DNA from: Emiliania huxleyi CCMP1516
Taxonomy: Eukaryota
Length of the DNA: 64,000 nt
Direction: 5' to 3'
Assembly: GCF_000372725.1 (NCBI RefSeq)
Contig: NW_005201381.1
Span: 245,953-309,952 of the forward strand
Every line of letters begins with the position of its first letter. Positions within the stretch are counted from its first letter, which is position 1. Below the pieces are notes generated by a model that saw only the letters and a list, made by a program, of their open reading frames with translations, ran no database searches and was not told the origin of the DNA. The position numbers and the translations under genes were made by a program. This document shows, in pieces, positions 33,048-48,765 of the stretch.

Positions 33048-35025
33048 ATCGCGGTTGGGAGCTGCCTGCCTGGCCTGGACCTGGCGAGGTACTCCCACGC
33101 CTCTCGGGGTTTTAGTCTGGCCGAGCGAGACTGCGTCAGCTGTTTTCACAGCCTTGTTATTGAGAAGAAAATACCTGCTATGGCGCAGGATCACAGCCTT
33201 GTTATTGAGAAGAAAATACGAGCCCTGGAGGCCCTGGGGATGGGGTGAGACTACCCGCGGGCCTAGAAGGCCCGCGCGCAGGGGGGTGGCGGGGTGGGAC
33301 ATTGACAGTCAGCAGGCTGGAAGTACCTCGCCAGGCCTGGACCAAAATCGATTCCGGGGGAGAGTGAGAAAGGAATCCTGCGCAAAAAAGAATTTTACAG
33401 CCCGTGCAAAAAAGATTTTTTCTTGAGCTAGCCCACAAGCCGCAACCCGGCGCGGCGCGCAAAAGCGTCGATGGCGAGGCGCAGCGACGTCGCATTGGTC
33501 GCCTCGCCAAAGGTGACCTGTTCAACGATGCTTCGAAAATCCGTCCCGAGTTTCGACTCGGGGTGCGCAATCGTGGGTGCGGTGCCTCAGTGCGCGGCAT
33601 GGAGCCGAGCGCGCGCCGCACGAGCGAGAACCAGGCGGCATGCGCCGCGGCGAATCCGGCGGAAGGGACTGCGGAGCATTTCGAGTGGAAGTCGCGGTAG
33701 GCTCGCACGGAGCCGAACCCCCTCGCTGTTCGCACCGATGGGCTGAAGCTGTAGTCGTCAGTGAGCAGCGAATAGTTGAGCGAGCACTCCTATTATCGCA
33801 CATCGGTGTGAAGAGACTCTGCTCACGCCGGGAGTCCTTGCGGAGGAGTCGCGCGAGCGCTCCTCCTCGGCCATCTCGCGCTCGAGGACGACCGTCGAGA
33901 CGCGACGGTGGCGAAACAGGGTGCTCAGCCCGGCCAGCTTCGCCTGGGGCGGCCCGCGCACCTGGGGGCGCGTGTGGGCCTGTGAAGAGGTGGGGCGTCG
34001 GCGAAGTGCCTTGGGGGTGGCTGGGGGCGTCTGCGCACGTGATTGTCGAAGAGCTTGAGGATTAGCACGCACGGGTCAGCGGGCCGACAACCAGGCCTCT
34101 TCCGCCGCACTCGGCAGACGCTGCCGCCGAGCCGCTCCAGCAATGGGATCCACTCCTACAGCCGAGGTGTAGCCGAGGTGTAGCCGAATTATGGTCGAGA
34201 TCTAGCCGATATGTGGCCAATGCGCTCCTGCCGGTGGAGCGCCCGGGTCAAAACCTCGATGGTCAGGCTTGGGTCCGGCGCGCCTGTGGGACGTGTCGCG
34301 GACGATGATTGGCTTGTCGGACGAAGAGGAACCGACGGCGAGAGGCAAAGCCGAGGTTGAAGCTCTGGCAGCGGGTAAGGTTGGGGTCGGCCTTGCAGCG
34401 GCTGCCGCTGCCGTGGATGCGCGGCCAGTCGAACGCCTGCTGCAGCTCGCCGGCAGAGGCGGCGCAGCGCAGCCTGGCCTCTAGTTGGAGGGATAGGGAC
34501 GTGGAAGAGGAGCGCCTGCAGCATGAGGCAAGATGGTTTGCATCTCTTGCGTCCTACGGCAAGCGGAATAGGAACGACCTGCGCGACGCGATGATGATGA
34601 CTCGCGTCCCTCGCAACGCGCTGTCATCTTCGGGCCTGCCAGGCTGCGCCGCGCGCGAGGGCCCTGTCGCCAACGCGCTCGTCATGTTCGGCTCGTCATG
34701 TTCGGCTCTCAGCAACCGTGCGTCCCCAAACATCAAACGGAGGGAGGAAACAAAAAACAAGAATTTTAAAATTGCTCTGGACTCTGGCCTTTTCTGGGTC
34801 ACGTAGCCACACCTCCACCAGGCCTCTCAGTCAGTTCACGCCGGAATCGTGAACCGTGAACCGTGAACCAACTAGCCCCCGCCGCCCCGAGTCCGTGAAC
34901 CCCACGAAAAAGATCGAAAATAGTGCCCAAGGTAAGCCGGGGGAACTCGCGTCCCGGAACGCCTGCCCTACCTCGAAACACGGCGGTATCATCAGACATA
35001 CAGCAGCACAGGCAGGAGGCTTGGC

Positions 35026-35434
35026 CTGTACAAGCTTTTCCGGCAAACAAAAAGGAAAACAGAGACTCCAAGTGCTCCAGAGGTTCCCCAGCACTTGCGT
35101 TTCCGGAAATTTCGAGGGAAAACAGAGGGTGTTTTGGTGCTCCATTCTGGAAACTCGCGAGTTTCCCTGAGTCTGAGAGCTGGTCCCAATGGGGCAAAAT
35201 CTGCGGCAAAATTGAGGAAATCGAATTTCCCGGGTTTTCTCCGCAAAATTCCCGGTATTTTGCCGATTTTGCTGATTTTGGCCCCAAAACAGCCTCAGGG
35301 GACTCGGCTCAGAGCCCCCAAAATTGACGATTTCCACGGAGTTTTCCCAGGAAAATAGAGAGGAAAAGAGAGGGTGCTGTAGAGAAAAAAGGAAAGGAAA
35401 AAGAGACGGGGTGCGAGAGGAAAAGCTTGTACAG
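35026..35434 (+). mobile_element. Family A non-autonomous element with 16-bp inverted repeats
   Basis: ctgtacaagcttttcc (35026-35041) and ggaaaagcttgtacag (35419-35434). Confidence 0.85.
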
Positions 35435-36037
35435 CCTAAAGGGCATCCTATATTCTTCTCTCACTCCTCTGTCCGTGCCTTGGTCTTGTCGTTGTTTCGC
35501 ACCCATGTCTGTATGGCAATCGAACCTGCCGTCCCCACTACCTGTAGTTCACTTAAGGGCGTGACGCCCTTAGTTCACTCGTCACCCCTCCGGCGAACTC
35601 CTCTTTTCTTTCGGGAAAGCGGCTCCCGTGGTGTACCTACCTGTGTGTTAGTGCCAGTGCGCGCCAGTCCCGTGCCCAGTGCTCGTGCGAGAGGAGTTGG
35701 TTCTAAAATTCTTTCTGTCTGTCCGGAAGGGAGTCTCTCTCTGCTGGTGTCTGTCTGTCAGTGCGGGCAGCGAGCGTGCAGCTGCAGGCAATCGCGGGCG
35801 CTATTTTGTCGTACTCGTCTTCGGCGAGCGCTCCAAATCTAGACCCCATTGCCTTCAAGGAGGCTGCTCTCGCGCGTCTCAGGAATGTAGCCGTGTCTTT
35901 TGATTCAAACAACTCTCTCTTGATTCAGGGTGCCAGGGCGCGTAAAATCATTTACCTCATTACCTCATCTTCAAGCCGCTGTCCCGCCCGCCCGCTGTGC
36001 TCTCCACGGGATTCAGCAGGGCCTATTTGACATTTCA

Positions 36038-37176
36038 ATGAGCAGCGATTCGTCTACGCCCGCGGCGACTCTCGTCCTCATTGCATCCACCGGTGTCGTC
36101 GCCTTCGCATTCGGCCGCTGGACCGCGCCAGCGACTCACGCGCCATCCATCCCAAGGGTGCCAAGGGCGGCAACGGAAGGAGGCGGGCATCGGCTCAACA
36201 GCCGATGCGTCAACCACTCTCACACTCCTTCTCTGGTCCACAACCTCTCCAAGCTCGAGCGGGTGTGTACCCTCTCAAGGCTGCCCGACACACTCCGGAG
36301 CCGCACCCACCTCTTTGCCATGGTAGCGCCCAACGATCTGCTCGGGCACTGGCTCGCGCACTACGCGGCGCTGGGCATCGACTTTCGGCAGCGGTCGCGC
36401 GTGATCCTGCACACGGGCGGAGTGGGCGCCGAGCAGGCCCGAGCCGCGAGGCAGCTCCTCAGTGAGTACGGCGTGCCGGCAGACCTCGCCGTGAACTGGT
36501 CGTCTGCGCTGAAGATGCGGGCGGCCGAGGCGTATCTGCGCTCGCTCCCTCCGTCCGGCTACCTGGTGTGGGCCGACTCGGACGAGTTCATGCGCTACCC
36601 GTGCGCTCTCGCCGAGGCCAGCCGCAGCGACAAGGTCGCGGTGTTAAGCTCGATGGTCGAGCGCGTCTCGCTGCCGTGGCGGCTGCGCCCGCCCACGCCC
36701 GGACAGCGGCTGAATGCGAGCTACCCGCGGCGCTGCCTCGTAACCGCGTGCCTCATCTCGGAGGCGGGCGTGGGCGTTGCGACCAAGAAGCCCGCGCTGA
36801 TACCGGCCACGAGCCAGACGCGACTGGCGAGAGCGCCTTCCCCTCACTCTGTGACCAACAGCGAGCAATCCGTGTCTAGGTGACGGACCGGCTGGGAAGG
36901 CGGATGCGCCCCACAAGCTCACACCACCTCGCGTGCGTCGACGACGCGACGGGAGAGCTGAAGCACTGCAAGATGGACCTAAAGCTGAAGGCGGTCTTTG
37001 ACCACTTCCGCTTCACCGGCAGCACGATGCGGCTCCTCTCGGAGAAGACGCGCCAAAAGTTCCACGCCGTTCGCAAGTACGAGGCCGAGGCCCTGATGTT
37101 TGCTCGCGACCGCTCCGGCGGGTGGTCGTTCTCCAACGAGAGCATTCGCGCTCTGAGCAGGGTCTGCTGGACGTAA
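36038..37176 (+). CDS. Type II membrane protein, GT2/GT-A-like glycosyltransferase, one intron
   Basis: N-terminal TM helix; WLAHYAALGID and VWADSDEF (DxD-type) motifs; second exon 36880-37176. Confidence 0.55.
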
Positions 37177-37759
37177 GAGGTTTTTTGTCTTTTCAGGGGG
37201 TCCTGCCGGCTCGGGCTGAGGTCAGGGTGACCCACTGCCGGGTGGAAATGTCGGAATAGCCTTCCCGTGGAAGCCAGAAAACGGCTCGCACACCATGTCA
37301 AAGCTCTCGCCAAGCTCTCTCGAATCTCAGTTTTTGCCTTGCGTGAAGAGCAACTTAAGAACTTTTGTCTTCGGTCGGCACATCTAAAGAGCAAAGCACG
37401 CGGCCCTGGCTAGCTGTGGTGTGGCTGGGAAGCCGTGCTAAAGTTGCGTGCCCGCACTAAAGATGCGGGACCCACACTAAATGTACTGCAGCTGCCCGCA
37501 CCTAAATAAAGTGAACTAACTAAATGTGGCGCTAAATTGGAGATAAACAAATCAGAGATAAAACACACTAAATATGTGCTAAATATGTGCTAAATTTGCG
37601 CTAAATTTGCGCTAAAGTCGCACTATATACGCACTCGAACACCGCACTAACTATCACTAAAGTTCATTCACACCAGTTCACACGCACTAAATTTAGACCC
37701 AGGCGCCCTGTGCTGGCAGCGGCCGGCGGCCCGGTTCGCCAGAAACGCACAGCTTGCAC

Positions 37760-38749
37760 ATGGCAGAAGCACACCTACCGCCCGTGACCAACCTACCTCC
37801 CATCCGCTACCCTCCCGACGCGTCCACGGTGCCATGGCTCGAGCAGGGCACGGAAGAGATGGCGGAGGACCGCCTCGTCGACGCCGCCGGGTGTGCAGTC
37901 ATGATGCGATGGGAGACTCCGCTCATGGAGGCCCACGCGGACTTCGTGTGCGCCGAGTCACGTGGGAAGGTCCTGAACGTCGGCCATGGCATGGGCATCG
38001 TTGACGCCGCCATCTCCCGACACAGCCCGCGGCTGCACGTCATCTGTGAGGCTCACCCATCCGTTCAGCGGAGAGCGGCGATGTTTGCCACGCGCTGCAA
38101 GGGCGGCGGCGGCGTGGGCGGCGGCGGCGAGGGCGGCGGCGGCCGCGCTAGCAGCAGCGAGCAGAGGTGCGTTGTCGTGCGAGGGCGGTGGCAGTCCGCC
38201 GACGTGCAGGCGGAGCTCGAGTCGCTCGGTCCCTTCGACGGGGTGTTTTTCGACACGTACGAAGAGACGGTCGAGGACTTTCTCGCCCTGCTGCTGCGGC
38301 TGCTGCGACCGGGGGGGCGCTTCTCATTTTGCAACATGTACCAGCCGCACGACGCGGTGAGGCACGTGGCGTACAGTGCCTACCTGCAGGCGCGGCTCGC
38401 GCCGCTCGGCCTCAGCTGCTGCTTCGAGCGCCTCGAGCTTCGCGTCCCGCCCGAGACGTGGCGCGGGCTCCGACTCAACTACTGGCCGCACGCCAGCTAC
38501 CTCCTCCCCCGCTGCCGCCGCTCCGACCCGGCGGCGACGCCGCCACGCCCGCTAAAGCGGCGCGGCTCTGCGGCGGCGGACGGCCCGCTGCCGCCGACCC
38601 TGGAGCCGCTCGACGGCTTGCTGTGGTCCGCAAAGCATTGGGCGTGCCGCAGTGCCACACGCGACTCGTGCGCCGGCCGAACGGGCGCCGCGCCGACGCT
38701 CGCCCTCGCTTGGGAGAGGTGTGAGGCGTTGTTTTGGGGCGATGGCTGA
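37760..38749 (+). CDS. RMT2/guanidinoacetate methyltransferase-family SAM methyltransferase
   Basis: VMMRWETPLMEAHA, VLNVGHGMGIVD, ICEAHP, GRWQ, FDGVFFDTY. Confidence 0.85.
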   Translation: MAEAHLPPVTNLPPIRYPPDASTVPWLEQGTEEMAEDRLVDAAGCAVMMRWETPLMEAHADFVCAESRGKVLNVGHGMGIVDAAISRHSPRLHVICEAHPSVQRRAAMFATRCKGGGGVGGGGEGGGGRASSSEQRCVVVRGRWQSADVQAELESLGPFDGVFFDTYEETVEDFLALLLRLLRPGGRFSFCNMYQPHDAVRHVAYSAYLQARLAPLGLSCCFERLELRVPPETWRGLRLNYWPHASYLLPRCRRSDPAATPPRPLKRRGSAAADGPLPPTLEPLDGLLWSAKHWACRSATRDSCAGRTGAAPTLALAWERCEALFWGDG

Positions 38750-38927
38750 GGTCCGCCGTGGCCCCGTACACTTCGCCGTGCAACCACGTGTGCAAGGAAA
38801 CTCCGCCCCCGCCCGTCACGACTGTCGACTCACGTAATAACTAACGTATCGTACTTTGAATTTTCTCTACCGTCCTCATTGCTCTTTGTGACGAGATCGA
38901 TGGCGGTTTGTAATATGTAAAGCCGCT

Positions 38928-41934
<3,007 letters not shown>

Positions 41935-43383
41935 GCTCTAGAGGGTTCTTGCACAGCGCAGTGAGGGTTTTTTGCCAGAGCGCTCACACACAGCTGCTGC
42001 AGAGCAGTGGTTGACACCGATACTGTCCAGGCCTAAAGTCTGTGCAGGTTGTCGGGGACACGAAGTCGGAAGAGAAATTCGTGGTTTTTGGTTTTCTAAA
42101 ATCTCTCTCTCTCCGAAGCCGGCGTGAACACTTGTGACTTGAGCAAAAGACTGGAGAGGGTCGATTCCGCATGGTACGGGACCCCTCGATCGTCTCGCCC
42201 TCCCTCACTGGTGTGTTCATGGGGGGGGGTCATAACAAACACGGCGACAGGATCGAGGTGGCGTGAACACAACTAACTGACGGATCCGCTCCTGCCTGAC
42301 AGTGGCACGCGCCGCGGCCGCGGCGCGTGCCACTGTCTTTGTTTGTTTGAAGCTAAAAGTCGAATCAGAGCGGTGTCGGCGTTGTCCCCCGATTTCCTCC
42401 CACGGACCGCCCGTCTGGCACCGGCCGCTCCGGGACGCACGCCGGCGAAGCACCATCGAGCTGCTCCGTACGCGGCCCCGGCATCGCCTCCCCTGGCTTA
42501 GCTAGAATGAGAGATATTGTGCACATGGTCAGTCTCTACAATATACTCACTGACATTTTACCTCCCAGAGCTCGTCCCGGTCCGCCACGGCCATCCTCGG
42601 CCTCCGGAGGGCCCCCGCTGGGCCCCCGGCCGCGGGCGCGGCGCGGTGGGGCGGCGGCGTCACAAATCCGACCACAGAGCACCGGGACGCGGTCGGGCGA
42701 TTCGAGGCCCACTAGGCGTATGCATTGCCTATTCAGGGCTATCACCTGGACCTATCAACAGGCGCCTGCGGCGCCGTGGCCAGGAGCTGCTGTTCACACC
42801 TGCACAAACTTTCATAGTGGGCAGTATCGTTCAAAGGAACGCTGGTCAAAATCTTGACGCTGTTCACGCTTCACAGGTAAGTATAAGCGGAGCAGCTGAG
42901 TAGATACAGCTAATCCTTTGTGTGTTCACACCTGCAAGAGGTGTGAACAATAACGATTTCGGCCTTAGCCGTCGGTATGCCAATAGCGTTCTAGCCAAGT
43001 AGTACGCAGTTGGTTGGATTCCGAGGGTGTCCCATCACAAGTTCGGCTGTCGACAGACAAGAGTGTCCCTTTATAGTGCTTAGTCGACAGCACCCGCCTT
43101 GGCCTCCCTACCGTTAAGAAGCCTTTTACTTACTTACCCCTCTTTCGTTCGCCCGCCACGGTCGGTGAGCTTGCTTGCGCCTTGTTTGTTGCCGATGGCA
43201 GCCCATGTGGCGGACGGCATGCACTGGGGTGTTCATGGGGTCCCGTGCCATGCGGAATCGACCCTATCCCAGTGCTCAGTGCTGAGAAAATCAAAGAATT
43301 TCACAATCGAAGAATTCAAGGGGTTGGGGGGGGGGGGGGGGGCGCATATGTGTTGGAGACGGCACGCGCGTCCACCCACTGCG

Positions 43384-46300
43384 ATGATCGGCCCTCCTCG
43401 GGCACCACGCGTCGTAGCGGCCGTGAGATGGCTCATCATCCCAGCCGCCATTGCCGGCATCGCATTGCTCCGAGCCGGGTGGGTCGGCGAGAGCGCGGCA
43501 AACCTCAGAGAGAGCTCCGCCACGCTGACGATCATTCATCGCCCGCCTGAGCGCTCCTTTCGGATCAAAGGGGAGCCCGTCGCTCGAGACGCACCATGGT
43601 GGGCATCGGAGGACGAGTTCGAAACGGGGGCGGCGATGCACTCAACCACGTGCGCGCCGCCTGCGATCCCGAGTGCACTGGCGTCCATTTCAGGCGCCGC
43701 CCCTTTGTTGGCAGGTGTGCTGCATGTGGAATGTGCTACACCACGTGCTGCTGCGACCTGGCGTGCGTGGCCGCCGGCGACTGCTGCGAGGGTGCCGAGG
43801 ACGCCTGCGCAGGCTCGGCACACTTCAAGCCCTCCTCACCGCCGCCTCCGTCGCCGCTGCCGCCAAAGCCGCTCGCGACGTGCCCAGAGGAGCCACCATT
43901 TCCCGGCGAGTCGTGCTACGTACCCCCCACGGAGCTGTGTGAGTACCCTGGGGTGCGCGTCGACGCCGGCACCAGCAACGAGCTCTTCGACTGCCCCGCC
44001 CGGAGGGGGGAGGGCTGCGTCTTCGACGTCGCGGCGATGTGCGATATGACGACCATACAGTCCATCTTTTACGAGGGTGGCGGCATCTGGATGGTGATGG
44101 TCGGCGAGGTCAAGGGCGCCACCATGTCGTCCTCCCGCTTCAGCCCGCCGCCGCCACCGCAGTTTGAGGCGAACCTCGATGTTCTCTACACGGTGGCGAC
44201 GGCCGAGCTGCCGATGATCGTTGGCCCACCGACAGAGCATTGGTGTGCGGGACTCTGGATATGCGGGACTCTGGAATCACCCTCACCCCTCGCCCCTCAC
44301 CCCTCGCCCCTCTTGACCCTCGCCCTTCTGGCACTTCCTACCCCTCTGGCCCCCCTGGCCCCCCTTGCCCCCCTTGCCCCTTGCCCCATGCGCGTCCCCT
44401 CTCGCCCCTCAGCCCTCGCCCCTCGCCCCTCGCCCCTTAGCCCCTCGCCCCTCGCGCAGGTGCGAAACCCGGAGCTCCAAGATCCGAGCGCTGGTCGGGC
44501 TCGGGCGCGCCTTCTACGCGGAAGCTGCCAGGGTCTCCTTCGAGCTCGACCGCTCCGGGCCCGACGCGGACGACTTGCCGGCCGCCTGCATGACGGATGT
44601 GCCGTACAAAGGGGAGGCGGATATTCTCATCGTGTCCGAGGAGGGCGGCGGCGCTAGCATCCAGCTGCAGGGGCCCGGCCCGGGAGGCGAGCCCTGGCCG
44701 CGGCTACGTCTCCGCACGGTCGACGAGTGGACCCTCGGCACTGTCCTCGCTGTGCAAACGCGCGGATTTGCGATCGACAATGACTTTGTGTTTCTCAGCC
44801 ACGCCGCCACCCTCACCCGTGGCGCATCCTCCCGGGCGGTGGAGGACTACGCGCTCGGGACAAAGTCGGTGCTCATCATGGCGGTTTGTCGCAGCGACGA
44901 TGCCGACTGCAATGCAGCCTTCATAGAGGGCTCGTCGGGCAGCGGCATTGCCAACGCTGGAGGAAGCACCAAGGCGTACCTCGAGGCCGTGATTCAGCAT
45001 GGGGCGAACCCGTTCTTTGAGGCCTCGTCGTGGGGGCAGTTTCAGCTCGTCGCGACAGTGCCGGAGCCGGTCCGGCTTCCAGGCTACTCGTCGGCCGACT
45101 GCCACAGCGCCACGCTCAACAGATACAACTCCAACCAGGCAGACACGGGCACCATCGACTTTCAAGCCGTCGCCGCCGTCCGCGACACCCACGGCATCGA
45201 CGTGGACGATTTTGACTTTTGGGCTGTGGTGTTTCCAGGCTGCGGCTCGCTCGGCTGGACGGGCCTGGGCTGGGTCGGCGTGCCCGGCCTGCTGCTCAAC
45301 CTGCGGTACACGTACGGCTACGATCCGTCCTTTGTCCACGAGCTTGGCGCGCGACATAGAAGAGACGACGAAGGTGGTAGTCGAATCTAGCCGAGGTGAC
45401 TTTGAGGTCCCAGCCGAGGTGCAGCCAAGACGAACGCCGCAGCGCCCGCCGGGAGTCTTTGTCCAACCGCAAGCATACATGCAAGCTTGCTCGTAGGTCA
45501 CAACCTCGGACTCAATCACGGCACCACCTACTCGGGAGGCACTCGGGGCCGCTCCATCGCAGAGTCAGCCTTCGTGGACAATGGCGCGGCCGAGCCCTCG
45601 GGCTACAACGCGTACGGCTCACCGGTGACGCTAATGGGCGGCGGTGGCACGCCGGACTCGGACCTCACCCTCCCCGCCAAGCTCATCAACGGGTGGGTCG
45701 ACGAGAGCTCCATTGTCCTGCTTGAGCCTGGCGGCTGCTCCTCGGCGCCGTGCGGGCCGTACTACCTACAGCCGCTCGACGCGGGGGGAACCTTTGACCC
45801 GTCCGCGCCGGTCGGCGTCCGCGTGGCCTCAGAGGTCGAGGGCCGCTTCTTTTGGGTTGAGCACCGCACGCTCCTCGGGACAGGGTCCGCGGCGTACATT
45901 TGCTCGGCCTCGTACAGCTACACCTACGGCAATGGAGGGCTTGTTCGCAAAACGGTGATGGTCGACACAGCGACAGAGGGGAGCACGAAAGCGCCCGAGA
46001 TCTACCCCATGGACGCCATAGAGCTCGATGTCTCCGCCGACGGCAGCAGTTTCCCACTCTGGGTCGACGTCGGCGTCGTCGACGACCAAGGCTTCCTCCC
46101 CGTCACCTTCTCGTCCTCGGCGCCGGCCCCATCGCCGCCGCTGCCACCGGACCCCCCCAGCGGCTACACGGGCTGCGACGACCCGTGCTGCAAGGTCCTG
46201 GTCATCGGTGACTCTGTTCCCGCCATTCATAGCTACCTATCGGGTGACACGATATTCCGACTTTCGGAGGAGGGCGGCACGTGCTGTACGATGGGCCGCG

Positions 46301-47246
46301 GCACGAGAGGGTCGCAATGCACGTACGTCGGCGTCACCCACGCCTCCTATTTCCTGCAGTACGTGGAGGCCTACGATAATTACTTTGTAATGGCGCACAG
46401 CAACTTTGGGCAAACTTGCTTGGACGGTGTACCTGGCTTCTACGCGCGGTTCACCGTCGAAGCACTCGCCAACATCCCGTGCGCGCGCCAGGATGGAACC
46501 TTCTACGAAGTTGCATCGCCACGACCGCCGATCCCGCCATCCCCGCCGCCGCCGCCACCGTCCCCGTCGCCACCGTCGCCCACTCCGCCCATCCCGCCCT
46601 GGCCTCCACTGCCCGCGGGTGACGAGATGTGCGGTCCATGTCCATGCAGCAGATGCGTCCCTACCCCGTCGTACGGCGACTCGTACGCGACTTACTGCAC
46701 CTTTCCCGTGCGGCAGTGCGCCTCTCCACAGTGTGGATGCGCGCCACCGCGACCACCACCGCCTCCCGCGCCGCCACCACCATCGCCACGGTCGCCGCCC
46801 CCAGTGGCTCTGCCTCCGATGCCGAGCTGCGCCTCTGGCGCAAGCCTGTCAGGCACACGCGGCCAATGTGAGACGTGCTTCCACTCGGACCAGTGCTCCG
46901 GCGACCGCTTCTGCTGTCCCTTCATGAAAAAGTGCATCGCCAGCTCTGCGGATGGCTGCTCCAGCCCGACTGCTCGGTGCGACCCTCGCTGCTACGACTC
47001 GTCGTGCGACGCCACCGGCTGCGATAGCTCTTGTCTAGGCTGCCACCACGTCGGCGACGGCGAGGATTTCACGTGGCTCGAGTGGGCCAACCTCGCCGGC
47101 TCCGCAGGGTTCAATTCGTGGACCCCCACGTGCATCGAAAACCCCTCGCCCATGCCACCGCCACCGCCGCCACAACCGCCATCACCGCTGCCTCGGCCAC
47201 CGCCGGCACCGCCGCCGCCGCCACCACCACCGACACCATCACCACC

Positions 47247-47277
<31 letters not shown>

Positions 47278-47946
47278 CCACCCTCGCCCTCGCCGCCCCC
47301 GTCCCCTTCCCCGTTGCCGCCGCCCTCGCCCTTGCCGCCGCCGCCCCCCTCGCCGCCGCCCCCCTCACCCGTTCCAGCCGTGCCAGTCGGGTCGCCACAG
47401 CGGCCGCCGCCGCCGCCATCGCCCTCGCCATCGCCCGCTCCACTCTCGCCGCCTCCCTCACCGCCACCGCCTCGGCCGCCGCCTCGGTCGCCGCCGAGGC
47501 TCACGGGGGCGTGCAAAGTGACCCTTCGGCAGCGGTTCCCCATGACCTGTGAGGACGCGGACCTCTTATGGCGCTCGCGGGTCATCCTCGCCGCTTGCGC
47601 GAAGCGCATCGTCGCCCCGGACGTATCGACAGAAGCGACATGCGACGTCGACTTTGCCTGCGGATCCCTCATCATGACCGCCGACTACAACACTGTGTCG
47701 GCCAGCGCCGCCGTCAACCTCGCCGCGTCCGTGGGGGCCACAGTCCACGCGGCCGCAGACGCTTCCCTGACCACGGCCGCCCGTCACAGCATCCGTTCGG
47801 CTACTCTAGGCGGCGACCTCGACGTTGCAGGCGGCGTCCAGCTTCTACGGCGCGAACGTGGAGGAGCTGCCCCTGATCACCATCGATGTACTCTCGCCCT
47901 CTCCGCCGCCACCGTCCCCCATTTCGCCCTCGCCGCCGCCCTTTGA
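43384..47946 (+). CDS. Secreted M11 (gametolysin)-like metalloprotease with somatomedin-B-like, Cys-rich and Ser-Pro extensin-like regions
   Basis: Zinc motif HELG|HNLGLNH is split by an intron at about 45347-45497. Met-turn-like PVTLMG. CCCDLACVAAGDCC. SPPP repeats. The 5' structure needs an intron or frameshift. Confidence 0.7.
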
Positions 47947-48389
47947 ACAGGGGCAGGAGTACGTACCCAAGGCGAGATGAGCTGGCGAGCGCGCGCGGGC
48001 GCATCAACGCCCGAGAGAGCGAGGGCTCCCCCTCCCATAGGCGAGCTCGGTTGTGCTCATTGTGTGCGCCGCCATCGCGGGTAGCCGCGACCTCACCTTT
48101 GCCCACACCAATGGGCCCAGCTTTCACTCAACGAAGTGTTGGGTCTCGTATTGTCGATATGAGGTGTGCGGGCCGGGCCGACGGACGTCGCGGTCTCTGC
48201 TGGGTCGTGGGTGTCGCATTTTTCCTCCTCTGCTTTTGGTATTCGTCCGAGAGAAAAACACGTGCAGCCCGCCGGGTTCGTGCAGCGTGGCTGCGCGCAG
48301 GCTGCGCCTCCGGGCCTGCCCCACGGTGCGCACGAGCGCGAGCTGGGAGCTGCGTGGCGGCCCTGCGGGGCGGGGGGAGCGGCAGCGGC

Positions 48390-48765
48390 CAGTGCTCAAA
48401 CTTTACCGGTATGGGAGTTTTTGGCTAATCAAACCCAAGGCTGTACTAATCAAAAAGTGGTGCGGGATAGCAGTTGCCTCACGGAAATCAAAGCGAGTCG
48501 GAGTGCCTTCTTGGTGGCAAAATCGGCAAAATCGGCAAAATACCGGGTATTTGCGGGTATACCTGAAAAAACCCGGGTATACCTGGCTGGGTAATTAATA
48601 CCCGCACTTTTGCATGGTTTCGCCCCCGGGACCACACCGACAGCCGCTACAACTAATCAAAACCCCCGCATACCACTTTCGCATACCACTGTACCATACC
48701 ACTCCAAAACTAATCAAAATCTCACCAAATACCGGTCTCATACCGGTAAAGTTTGAGCACGACTG
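48390..48765. mobile_element. hAT-type MITE
   Basis: 22-bp inverted repeat gtgctcaaactttaccggtatg (48392-48413) and its complement (48739-48760). CAG...CTG termini. 8-bp direct repeat gcagcggc at 48382-48389 and 48766-48773. Confidence 0.85.

Noticed and set aside
37440..37695. AT-richer ctaaa-repeat tract as telomeric repeat
   Set aside because: Degenerate and irregular, not a TTAGGG-type array.
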